In this document: piece after piece, positions 40,495 to 50,082 of the stretch
Numbering within the stretch: position 1 is the first letter of the stretch
Layout of the letters: every line of letters starts with the position of its first letter
Source: an uncultured virus (IMG/VR IMGVR_UViG_3300025845_000008)
Taxonomy: Duplodnaviria > Heunggongvirae > Uroviricota > Caudoviricetes
Direction: 5' to 3' (one strand)
Virus record (IMG/VR): IMGVR_UViG_3300025845_000008
Coordinates: 1 to 64,000 of that record
Length of the DNA: 64,000 bases
Position numbers and translations under genes: made by a program
The notes under the pieces: generated by a model
What the model was told of the DNA's origin: nothing
Seen by the model: the letters and a program-made list of their open reading frames with translations, nothing else
The model's database searches: none

Positions 40495-41565
40495 ATGGCA
40501 TGTAATGGGCATGTAAGTAGTACGGGTTGTCATGGTCATACCCTAACGGGGTGTGTAGGTCACATTAACTCATGTGGTGGTCATTCTGGATATTATCCAT
40601 CAAGGGCTGTTGCATTTACTAATAATGTAGCGGATTCTGGTGATATCATAGACTATGAGAATGAACTTAATGAATTAAGAGATGAACTGAATTATGAGGC
40701 GTCTAGGAGAGGATTAACTAATCTATTAATTCCCGTATTTGATCAACCAGTGGATGCACTTGAAATAAGAACCATGAGAGATACTTATGTGAGTATAACA
40801 GGGAACTGTGCAGATACCCCTATAAGTGATGCAGACATTGTAACAGGTGAACTAATACGTCCAATTACAGTAGAATCCATGTTAGAAGGATTTATCGATT
40901 GGGCATCTAATTGTACGTGTAACTGTAACTACTCTTGTACGTGTAACTGTAACTACTCTTGTACGTGTAACTGTAACTACTCTTGTACGTGTAACTGTAA
41001 CTATTGTGCATGTGATTGTGATTATTGTACATGTCAGTGTGCTTATGCTTGTACTTGTGATTGTAATTATGCTTGTACATGTGAGTGTAACTATTGTGCA
41101 TGTGATTGTAATTATGTTTGTACTTGTGATTGTAATTATGCTTGTACATGTCAGTGTGATAATGAGTGTAATTGTGATTGTAATTATGCTTGTACATGTC
41201 AGTGTGATTATGCTTGTACCTGCGATTGTAATCATGACTGTATTTGCGATTGTAATCATGCTTCATGTAGTTGTGATTATGCTTGTACCTGCGATTGTAA
41301 TCATGACTGTATTTGCGATTGTAATCATGACTGTATTTGCGATTGTAATCATGCCTGTATTTGCGATTGTAATCATGCCTGTATTTGCGATTGTAATCAT
41401 GCCTGTATTTGCGATTGTAATCATGCCTGTATTTGCGATTGTAATCATGCCTGTATTTGCGATTGTGCTTATGCTTGTACTTGTGATTGTAATCATGCCT
41501 GTATTTGTGATTGTTATTATGTAACATCGTATGTTCCTAGTGGATGTTATAGTCACAAAAATTAA
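40495..41565 (+). CDS. Cys-rich repeat protein, putative radical SAM substrate
   Basis: AAGGA RBS; 4x CxGH N-term, ~110-aa linker domain, 26 CxCxC-x-[YH] units. Confidence 0.8.
   Translation: MACNGHVSSTGCHGHTLTGCVGHINSCGGHSGYYPSRAVAFTNNVADSGDIIDYENELNELRDELNYEASRRGLTNLLIPVFDQPVDALEIRTMRDTYVSITGNCADTPISDADIVTGELIRPITVESMLEGFIDWASNCTCNCNYSCTCNCNYSCTCNCNYSCTCNCNYCACDCDYCTCQCAYACTCDCNYACTCECNYCACDCNYVCTCDCNYACTCQCDNECNCDCNYACTCQCDYACTCDCNHDCICDCNHASCSCDYACTCDCNHDCICDCNHDCICDCNHACICDCNHACICDCNHACICDCNHACICDCNHACICDCAYACTCDCNHACICDCYYVTSYVPSGCYSHKN
40912..41514 (+). repeat. 21/24-bp coding tandem repeat array
   Basis: TGTACGTGTAACTGTAACTACTCT x3+ and TGTATTTGCGATTGTAATCATGCC x5 plus degenerate copies. 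Confidence 0.95.
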
Positions 41566-41579
41566 TAGGAGGTTAAAAA

Positions 41580-42164
41580 ATGTTGGCTGTTAAGATATTT
41601 CCTTTAGATGAAAAGAAAGCTAGAATAACAGGTTCTGGTGATATACCAGAAGGGAGCAGTGATCCTACAGTGTATATAGGTGTTTCAGATGAAGTGTATA
41701 AATTTGTATGTGATAACATCGAAGAACATATATTAATCTGTCCTAGAAACGTGGAAGAATTGAAAGTGGATATGATAGAGGTTAAGGCTGCCAATATTCT
41801 AATAGAGTTAAAACATACAGCTGTAAAGGCATACAAAAATTTCCATTTGGGTAGAGTTATGGATCCAGAATTTCTCATTACATTTATAGATTATACCATG
41901 TTGAATAATAAATTTTGTTCACATGGGTTTTTTATAACACAGGATAATAAAGAAGAGATGTATCTTGACATACTGAATACCGGTGATATGTCACTTATAG
42001 AATCATTGGAGCGATACCTTAATGTTTCTGATAAAATATGTGAGTATTGGTGCCATACGGATAATTTAATTAAATTCAAAGAAGAAATTTATAATGCCGA
42101 AAGTAGGGAAGAATTGGAAGAGATATATAAAAGGTATTGTTACGGTCAAAGTTTCATTAAGTAA
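41580..42164 (+). CDS. hypothetical protein (possible fibre assembly chaperone)
   Basis: AGGAGG RBS; C-term KEEIYNAESREELEEI. Confidence 0.6.
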   Translation: MLAVKIFPLDEKKARITGSGDIPEGSSDPTVYIGVSDEVYKFVCDNIEEHILICPRNVEELKVDMIEVKAANILIELKHTAVKAYKNFHLGRVMDPEFLITFIDYTMLNNKFCSHGFFITQDNKEEMYLDILNTGDMSLIESLERYLNVSDKICEYWCHTDNLIKFKEEIYNAESREELEEIYKRYCYGQSFIK

Positions 42165-42168
42165 TTAA

Positions 42169-43035
42169 ATGTTTAGCGATAAAAACATTATATTATTCGG
42201 TTTGGTATTAGATGCCGAATCTAACATTACTCCAATGGGGTCATTATATGACGCATTGGAGTATTTTATGTTTATATATAAGCATAACAAAGATGTACAT
42301 CTCATCTTTAATATAATTAAGATTAATCGGTATGTTAAGGATGTAAAAATAGAAAGTATAAAGAATGAAATAGTAAAAATAATCAATGGTAAATATGACA
42401 TAAGCGATTACTCATTTATGGGTAATGTTCATGTTCTGAATTTAAAAGACTTGTTCTTTAAAAATAAACCAAATATAGTCATGACTGTTGATCTTACGAT
42501 GCCTTTCGGCTTTAAAAATTTTATGTGTAGAGCTAAAGAAGTCATAATAATACCTGAATATACGACCAGTATGTATTACTATAAATCAAAAAAGAATAAG
42601 GTTACCTATTTTACTGAAATGTCATTTTGTTATTCAGATGTCCCTTATAAAATGAAGATTGATTTTGAATCGCATAAGAAGATAGATAAGTTTGATAATA
42701 AATTATATGTTAATTATCCAAAGTATGATGCTAAAAATAGACCAGAAGTGTTAGATTTTGCCTGTGATATAGGCAAAGAATTGTTGATTAAAGAAGATCG
42801 ATATTTCTATGATCTTCATGAAAGGTTTGATGAATATGTTTATTTTCAATCGGATAGATGGTTTGATCCTCACCCAAGATTATTTCATGAATGTAAATTA
42901 TACAATAAACCCTATCACTATAAGAGTATTGGTGTAAAGGATGGATCTTATTATCGATATAAAGATAGTCTGGCCGAGAATCTTAGTGACCGACAACTGA
43001 CAAAGGATGATATTATTGTTAAAATGATGTCTTAA
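42169..43035 (+). CDS. GT-B-like glycosyltransferase candidate
   Basis: DPHPRLFHE..LYNKP resembles the [DE]x7E motif; weak similarity to 53434-54261. Confidence 0.45.
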   Translation: MFSDKNIILFGLVLDAESNITPMGSLYDALEYFMFIYKHNKDVHLIFNIIKINRYVKDVKIESIKNEIVKIINGKYDISDYSFMGNVHVLNLKDLFFKNKPNIVMTVDLTMPFGFKNFMCRAKEVIIIPEYTTSMYYYKSKKNKVTYFTEMSFCYSDVPYKMKIDFESHKKIDKFDNKLYVNYPKYDAKNRPEVLDFACDIGKELLIKEDRYFYDLHERFDEYVYFQSDRWFDPHPRLFHECKLYNKPYHYKSIGVKDGSYYRYKDSLAENLSDRQLTKDDIIVKMMS

Positions 43036-43056
43036 TTAATAATTTGTGAGGTACCT

Positions 43057-44169
43057 ATGAAGGTTTTTTCTGAGAATGAGTGGAGTCCCCTGAAAGAAGT
43101 TATTGTTGGTTCTGCTTTTTCTGATTACGTTTTTGATGTCGACCTATCTTTTAAGTTGTTTTTTCGTGATAATTATTCTTGGGGAGCCAGAAAAGGATCC
43201 CCAGAAAGAATTGTAATAAAAAAGAAATATGTAGATGAATTACAAGAAGATGTTGAATGTTTTTCCGAAACACTCACAGACTTAGGTATTAATGTACACA
43301 GACCAAATGATATAAAAAAGGTCGTTAGGGTTAAAACTCCTCATTGGTCAACAGAAATAATTCCAGCACTGAATGTTCGTGATCAGACCGTTATACTCGG
43401 TGATACTATTCTTGAAACATCACCATGTGTGAGGAATAGATATTTTGAAAACGACCTCATGAAAGACATTTTTTATGAGGGTTTTCTTGATGGGGCTAAT
43501 TGGATGGTGATGCCTAGACCTATCATGACCGATAACAGTTTTGACAGGAACCTTTTAGATCACAAGTCAAAGTTGAACTCAATACCAGACAAACCGTTCG
43601 ATCATAGCGATTTGTTCCTAAACCCAAACGATATCATACCTGATGCTAATGACCTGAAAATACATGAAATGATGATTGATGGCGCTCAACTGGTACGTTT
43701 TGGGAAAGATATCATAATCAATATTTCCAACAAAAATCATTACTTGGGGTACCTGTGGATTAAAAGACAATTCCCTCAGTATAATTACCATCCAGTTTAT
43801 TCGCTGTGTGATAACCATTTGGATACACTGATAGTTCCTCTATGCGAAGGTGTTTTGTTGTTAAGGTCTAAGAAGTTTGAAGAATTCCTACCCCCATTTC
43901 TAAAAGATTGGAAGATCATATATCCACCTGAGATAAGAAGTGATATGTTCCCTAAATATGATTCAACCGACCTTATATTAACATCACCATATATTGACAT
44001 GAACATATTATCGGTTGATGGTAATAAGATAATTGTAAATGAGTTGTTCCCTGAACTATCTGAACTGTTGTATAGTGAGGGGTTTGATCCCATTCCAGTG
44101 CGACACAGACATAGGAAGATATTTGCTGGTGGATTCCACTGTTTCACATTGGATCTGTTGAGAGGTTAG
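43057..44169 (+). CDS. amidinotransferase (glycine/inosamine-phosphate amidinotransferase family)
   Basis: ENEWSPLKEVIVG, NVRD, HLD, GGFHCFTLDL (catalytic Cys). Confidence 0.9.
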   Translation: MKVFSENEWSPLKEVIVGSAFSDYVFDVDLSFKLFFRDNYSWGARKGSPERIVIKKKYVDELQEDVECFSETLTDLGINVHRPNDIKKVVRVKTPHWSTEIIPALNVRDQTVILGDTILETSPCVRNRYFENDLMKDIFYEGFLDGANWMVMPRPIMTDNSFDRNLLDHKSKLNSIPDKPFDHSDLFLNPNDIIPDANDLKIHEMMIDGAQLVRFGKDIIINISNKNHYLGYLWIKRQFPQYNYHPVYSLCDNHLDTLIVPLCEGVLLLRSKKFEEFLPPFLKDWKIIYPPEIRSDMFPKYDSTDLILTSPYIDMNILSVDGNKIIVNELFPELSELLYSEGFDPIPVRHRHRKIFAGGFHCFTLDLLRG

Positions 44170-44925
44170 ATGGAAGTACAAGGAAAAAGGGTGATGTTTG
44201 GGCCACCAAGAGGATATACATCTTCTATATGGGATTATTTTAAGGTTCTTCCCGATTATCATACTCACAAAACCAAAGAGTTTGACAGGGATACGATTCA
44301 TGCCATGTCTGACGAAGATGCTTACAAAGAGTATTTACAAGGATATGATGGTTCGAAGCCATTTATAGATTGTTGTTTGTTGTATTATAACAACCATGCC
44401 AACTTATCGTTTATTAAGGATTTGTTATTTACCGATCTGGACTGCTCTGTGTATAATGTCAGGTCATACAAAGCCGCCGTAAAATCTTATTATCTAATGG
44501 TTATGAGAACCATGAATAAATTTTATATGGTCGATGATTTTGAATACTACGACCAAGCAGGTAAAGATAGGTTGTTTGATTTTGCATATAACCGATTCTC
44601 TGTTGAATGGCATCTAAACTATATTAAAAATACCTGTAGGTATAAAGGTGATGTATATTTCGTGCAAGGTGTTGATATACATGAAGTGATGAACACCTTT
44701 AATATGAGAATACCGAATTATGGATTACAGAAACTTAATTCGACAGCATCACATCTTGTGATTAAACCAAGACTCAAGTATATGCTTGAAAGGTTTAGAG
44801 AGTTCGAGCGGTACTGGTCAGACAATATAGAAAAATGTCATGCTGTTAGGGAGAACAACATTAAGATACTGAAAGAATCAAGATTCATAGGGAAATTTGA
44901 CGAGGATTTATATAGACGTGAATAA
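44170..44925 (+). CDS. sulfotransferase-like P-loop protein
   Basis: MFGPPRGYTSSIWDY...H.HKTKEFD resembles the PAPS-binding N-terminus. Confidence 0.55.
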   Translation: MEVQGKRVMFGPPRGYTSSIWDYFKVLPDYHTHKTKEFDRDTIHAMSDEDAYKEYLQGYDGSKPFIDCCLLYYNNHANLSFIKDLLFTDLDCSVYNVRSYKAAVKSYYLMVMRTMNKFYMVDDFEYYDQAGKDRLFDFAYNRFSVEWHLNYIKNTCRYKGDVYFVQGVDIHEVMNTFNMRIPNYGLQKLNSTASHLVIKPRLKYMLERFREFERYWSDNIEKCHAVRENNIKILKESRFIGKFDEDLYRRE

Positions 44926-45898
44926 CAACCAAAAAATAAATCGAAAGTATTTAGAGCCTTTAATGAACTGGTGTCAAGAACATCCTTTAAGTGAGTTTGG
45001 TGTCATATATGATAATGAGAGATACTTTGCTGATTATCTTGGCGTTAAGACATTCAAGTTTGTGAATTCTGGCACATCAGCATTAGATTTGATAATGAAG
45101 AGAATATCTATCGATAGACCTAAACCTCTGATCTATGGACCCTCATTCTGTCATGTATCATGGATCAATGTTTGTGAATGGAATGACTTTGAATATTATT
45201 TTGTTGATGTTAAGGAAGATACCCTATCTATTGATCCCGTAAAATTGAAGGAGATGATCGTAGAAAAAGGAGTTCCTGATATCGTTGTTATGGTTGATAT
45301 GGGTGGTTACGTTGGCGATGATACGTTGACTGTGAGGGAGATATGCGACTCTCATGGTATAATTTTGGTTGAAGATGCCGCGAATGCCTTCGGTCAACAG
45401 TATAAGGGTTATAAGGCTGGAACTATTGGTGATTTCTCATTCTTCTCATTTTCCAATCCCAAACTTCTGACGTGTGGTGAGGGGGGTGCTATTGTATGTA
45501 ATGGTGACGACTTTAATGATTCTTTTGAGGAAATGATTTATCAGGGTGGATGGTATAAATACGGAAAGTCCAGACGAACAAATGGTCTAAATTATATTAT
45601 GTCTAACTGGATGACTCAGTTATTAAGATATCAATTAGATGATGTAAACGTGATACAAAAAGAACGTCATGATCAGTTTTTAGTATATTCAGATAAATTT
45701 AATTTATTTAGATATGAATCTGATAATAAATATTATTCACCAAGTTACTACTGCTACAGACAGAAGGGGATATCAAAGAAGATCCTTGAAAGGGTGCCTA
45801 GTCTTGAAATGCACCGATATAGGAATCATGACTCTCGTTGCACTGTTGGTGGGATTCTAGAGGACGAACTTGTATATCTCCCCATGGAGTATAAATGA
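44897..45898 (+). CDS. DegT/DnrJ/EryC1/StrS PLP aminotransferase
   Basis: VNSGTSALDL, EDAANAFG, SFSNPKLLTCGEGG; true start may be GTG 44918. Confidence 0.92.
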   Translation: MTRIYIDVNNNQKINRKYLEPLMNWCQEHPLSEFGVIYDNERYFADYLGVKTFKFVNSGTSALDLIMKRISIDRPKPLIYGPSFCHVSWINVCEWNDFEYYFVDVKEDTLSIDPVKLKEMIVEKGVPDIVVMVDMGGYVGDDTLTVREICDSHGIILVEDAANAFGQQYKGYKAGTIGDFSFFSFSNPKLLTCGEGGAIVCNGDDFNDSFEEMIYQGGWYKYGKSRRTNGLNYIMSNWMTQLLRYQLDDVNVIQKERHDQFLVYSDKFNLFRYESDNKYYSPSYYCYRQKGISKKILERVPSLEMHRYRNHDSRCTVGGILEDELVYLPMEYK

Positions 45899-47205
45899 AA
45901 GTATTACTTATAGATCTACCATTATTAAACTTCAAAACAGATGACTATAATATTGGGTTGTGCTATCTATTGGGGTACATGAAGCATAACAACGTGGAAT
46001 GTGAGTCAATAGATTTTCGTTATAGTGATTATGTGCAGAGTCATATAAAGAATCCAACCGTATACACTTCCACAGAAAAGTATGAGAAGTTTAGAAACGA
46101 CAAGAAGAGGGCTGACTGGTTTAGAGAGACAGTAGAAAAGCCTAGATTATATGTTGAGTTTTGATGTTATAGCGTTCAGTATATTCTTTGAACTAAACAA
46201 GATACATTTTGATGAAATGTATGAGATAATAAAACCTCATCTAAAACCACACCACAAGGTTGTGGTTGGTGGTAATTATCTCAGCCACTACGACCATCAT
46301 CTTGAATTCGAAGACCTTGATGTTGATGTTGTTGTTGGACCCGGCGAACCCTACTTTGAGAAATTATTTGATCTTCCACATATAGATCTATATTCGTATA
46401 ACCAAGTTCTGCCTAGACACCTTCCAGCAGCATCTATGCCCGTTTTAGTGGGTTTGGTTGTATCCATAAATGTTTGTTCTGTACTCACAGAAGACAGAAA
46501 TTCTTCTACAGGAAGGTTGACTACATCATCAAGGAAATGTTGTACTGGAAACGCACAACAGGTCGGTTCAGATTTAACATCAGAACAGATAATATATTCA
46601 ATAATTATAAGTACTTAAATGACCTAACAAAAAAGTTGACCATAGTCAATAGATCATGGGATGGTGAAAAACTCCAATGGTCTGCCAATGCGACACTATG
46701 GGATTTTGATGGATTCATGAAGAACGTTAATAAGAATGACTTCATAAAGTCTGGATGCAGGATATTAAGTGTAGGTGTTGAGTCTTTTAATAAAGAAGTT
46801 CGTGACTCTATGAATAAGCCTGAATATGAGAATGAAGAGTTAGCTAAATGGTTTGATTTTGCGTTGGAGAACGATATAAAAATATATGTGTATCTTATGG
46901 TTGGTTATATAACAGAAACGGATCAACAGTTTGATGATGGTTTGATCGCTCTCAAAGGGTTTTTTGACAGGTACAGTGCTTGTATAGGGGATGTTGCTAT
47001 CTCTTTTTATACGATTCATAGCGAATATAATTATATCGGATATGAGGATCAAATAACATTTGATAGTGATGGTAATTGGATATACAAAGATAATATACAT
47101 GAGAAAAGAGTAGACAGGGTTAGAAGGCTTAAAGAACTTTCGATGAACTATGATGTTCATCCAAGATTAATGGGTACAGATGATAATGAAAAAAATGAGG
47201 TATGA
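45895..47205 (+). pseudogene. B12-binding radical SAM enzyme split by two frameshifts (or sequencing errors)
   Basis: NIGLCYLLGYMK / DVIAFS..VVGGNY..VVGPGE / GCIHKCLFC...SGCRILSVGVESFN..YLMVGY..ET spread over ORFs 45895, 46151 and 46474. Confidence 0.75.
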
Positions 47206-47208
47206 ATA

Positions 47209-48332
47209 ATGTTATATTATAATCCGTTTGCTATAGATAAACTTCTACGAAGGAGGGATGAGGCGTATGGATTATTCCATCTTAATAGAGCCGCCGCGCA
47301 TAAATTTGATAGAACTGGCCTTTTTACCATGTTTGATGTAGGAGATAAAATCAATTTCAAATCAATGTTTGGTCTGCCTGATTTCTCTACACCATATAAC
47401 AAGAACTTCGAAGACACTGCTATGGCAACGGCACAAAGAATTGTCGAGAACAACGAACCATTTAACCTTTATTGGTCTGGTGGTTTAGATTCAACAACCG
47501 TTCTGATATGCCTCCATCAGTGGTGTGACCGCATAAAAAACCGAATGAAGGTTATAATGACAGAGGCTTCTATAAGAGATAATAAGTATGCTTATGATAC
47601 TATAATTAAGCCTAATTATGAACACGTGGTCTGTGAGGATTTCGGTGGAGCGCAGAATAATTATTCACTGGATTATATGAATGTGACTGGTGATGCTAGT
47701 GAAGCCATTTATGGATGGTCTGGTATTCTCCAAAACTTCATGAAGGAACTTGGGGTGAAAGGTTTGTATATAAAGCTCAAAGATATCCCCAAATTAAAGA
47801 GCAGATTAAGTCCAGATAATTATACAACATTTGAATATTATTTGAAATTGTATGAACTGATCAAGGTGACCCTACCAGCATGTCCTATTGATATTGTTGA
47901 TATTCAGGATCTTAACTGGTGGTTCGTGTTTAATTTCTGCTATCAATATGACGTGTTGAGGTTCATGGTTCCTTATTACAGGAACTATGAAAAGTGTTGG
48001 GCGAACATGAACGCTTTTTTGCTAATGATGACTGGCAGTTATGGATATATAACACATACGAATCTACCATGAAGGGCGTAACCGACTTCAACTATATGAA
48101 GAAAGATGAGATTAATTTCATAAAGAGACATTATCCGAAGATTGATCTGTCTCATACGTTACCAAGAAAGACAAACGTTCATCTGAAATACCTAGCACCA
48201 AAGGACTTCTTACTGATAGGTGATGACTATAACATTGTTGATTGTCCTGGCTATCTAGAGACGACAAAAAAGGAAATGATGGAGAATTATAAGAACAAAC
48301 CACTAGAAGAAGTGCAAATGTTGTTTGATTGA
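47209..48332 (+). pseudogene. PP-loop (SGGLDS) adenine-nucleotide alpha-hydrolase-like protein, frameshifted at T6
   Basis: YWSGGLDST, VTGDASEAIYG, WWFVFNF; -1 shift at T6 (48015-48020) continues FFANDDWQLW. Confidence 0.65.
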
Positions 48333-49153
48333 TGAGAACTACTACGCTTGTACTGACAACGGATTGTAACTGGAATTGTAGCTACTGTAACGTGGCAAAG
48401 TTCGGTAAATATATGACCAGTAGAGAGAAGATTGATCGCCACCTTCCCTATATTATGGAGTTGATAGGAGACTATAACTTCGTTTTAGCGGGGGGTGAGA
48501 TTGGTCTGGTAGATCCTGATATCATTTCTAATCTGATGGTATCCATAGGAAAGCCAGTTACAATCAATACTAACGGGTTGTTTATGGAAATGGGGTATCA
48601 CAATATACCAGAAATACGTAATAATATCGACAAGATATACTACCATGTTAATGATAGACCAAATACTGCCCCGATCTATATCGACAAAGACCTTGATATA
48701 CTGTATGGTATAGTTAGTGATAATATTGAGACTATAATAAGTTTTATATCAGCCAACAAAAACCTTGATATCTCGTATATAGGTCTGGATAGTGCTTTCG
48801 ATGATACACACATGGATTACTTCAAGTTATTGCTATTGGCTAGAGAGTTTTTTAATGTGACCGATGATGCTGTACGTCAATTAGAGCATTACTGTTTAAA
48901 ATACAACCACTTAGGGAAGTATCGCAGGTACTGCAAGGCAACCAGTTTCACCATTGATCTAGCTAAAGAGGTCATATGTCTCTGTGCTTTTAGGAACAAG
49001 CATATTGATATTCCTCTGACCAGAGACAATTTGAAGAAAGTTATATCGCAGACGAATGTCTTTCAAGGTGATGACAGTTGTGACACATGCACCAGAGTGT
49101 GTCTGGATACAAACATAGAGGTAAACATTAGAGATATGTTGAGGAGACGATGA
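48329..49153 (+). CDS. radical SAM protein
   Basis: CNWNCSYC, GGEIGL, TNGLFME, C-term CDTCTRVC. Confidence 0.88.
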   Translation: MMRTTTLVLTTDCNWNCSYCNVAKFGKYMTSREKIDRHLPYIMELIGDYNFVLAGGEIGLVDPDIISNLMVSIGKPVTINTNGLFMEMGYHNIPEIRNNIDKIYYHVNDRPNTAPIYIDKDLDILYGIVSDNIETIISFISANKNLDISYIGLDSAFDDTHMDYFKLLLLAREFFNVTDDAVRQLEHYCLKYNHLGKYRRYCKATSFTIDLAKEVICLCAFRNKHIDIPLTRDNLKKVISQTNVFQGDDSCDTCTRVCLDTNIEVNIRDMLRRR

Positions 49154-50082
49154 AGAAGACAACCTTTGCTGATTTTAAAAAACAATGGTATTTCAGTTTA
49201 ACCGAATATTGTAGTTGGAAGTGTTCTTATTGTGACTTTCCATGTAAAACTGACCCAAAAGTTGCTCCAATTGAATATGTAGAGGAAGTATTTGACCGCA
49301 TCAAGAGGATCACCAATTATGACCAATCCATAGAGTATTGCCTTGAAGGTGGAGAGATTGGGTTGTTTGATCAGGATTATCTCGATAGAGTGTTTAATAG
49401 TGGTCTTTCTGAAACATACAACGTTGCTACTAATGGTCTGTTCATGGAGAAAAGTTATCATAAGAGATATTCCGACAAAATCCATTATATTCTATATCAC
49501 ATTGCTCCTGAGATATATGACGGGGTGAAGTATAAGGAGTATGATTTTGGTGATATTCTGTGTTACTATACCTTTGTTATAAACAAAAATAACCTACCTA
49601 TTTTGGATAAGTTTCTAACGGATAATCTTGATTCTAAACACCGGTTTCTGCCTCATATACTTCAACCAAGAACACCCGGTTTGGATCTGTTGACCTATGA
49701 TGACTTTATACAAATGTATGATATCATTAAGGATAAATCGAATGTGAAACCAGATTTCATTGAGAGAGTGGTGAGGATTATTGAACGGCACAATGATGAA
49801 CCGTGGTTGGACTCTCACAGAAAAATTTGTGCCAGTGTGTATACACAACCTATCTTTGATTTACCAAATAAGAGGGTTAACCGATGTTGTATATCAATCA
49901 CTGGTGATTCAGTTGATATTACAGATGATAATTTAGAAAGGTTGTATAAAAATAAAATAATGTTTAGTTCATTGAAAGATTCTGTGTGTGATGGGTGTAT
50001 TGCTAATTTTTTATGGCACGATTGGAGACACAGGAGATATATGAAAGAGATTATTAAGATACATAAGGGTTTTAGTTCATGA
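49150..50082 (+). CDS. radical SAM protein
   Basis: CSWKCSYC, GGEIGL, TNGLFME, RCC...CDGC. Confidence 0.88.
   Translation: MKKTTFADFKKQWYFSLTEYCSWKCSYCDFPCKTDPKVAPIEYVEEVFDRIKRITNYDQSIEYCLEGGEIGLFDQDYLDRVFNSGLSETYNVATNGLFMEKSYHKRYSDKIHYILYHIAPEIYDGVKYKEYDFGDILCYYTFVINKNNLPILDKFLTDNLDSKHRFLPHILQPRTPGLDLLTYDDFIQMYDIIKDKSNVKPDFIERVVRIIERHNDEPWLDSHRKICASVYTQPIFDLPNKRVNRCCISITGDSVDITDDNLERLYKNKIMFSSLKDSVCDGCIANFLWHDWRHRRYMKEIIKIHKGFSS

Noticed and set aside
40912..41514. Possible CRISPR array
   Set aside because: Repeats are contiguous with no unique spacers, keep codon phase, and no cas genes are present
40882..41556. Alternative-frame and antisense ORFs over the repeat (HDYNRKYR, MITIANTG, VIMPVFAI repeats)
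   Set aside because: By-products of a stop-poor 24-bp repeat; only the Cys frame has an RBS, a unique N-terminus and operon fit
47209..48332. 7-deazaguanine (QueC/QueE) DNA modification pathway
   Set aside because: The PP-loop protein lacks QueC Zn-binding Cys motifs, and no FolE, QueD or DpdA-like gene is recognisable here
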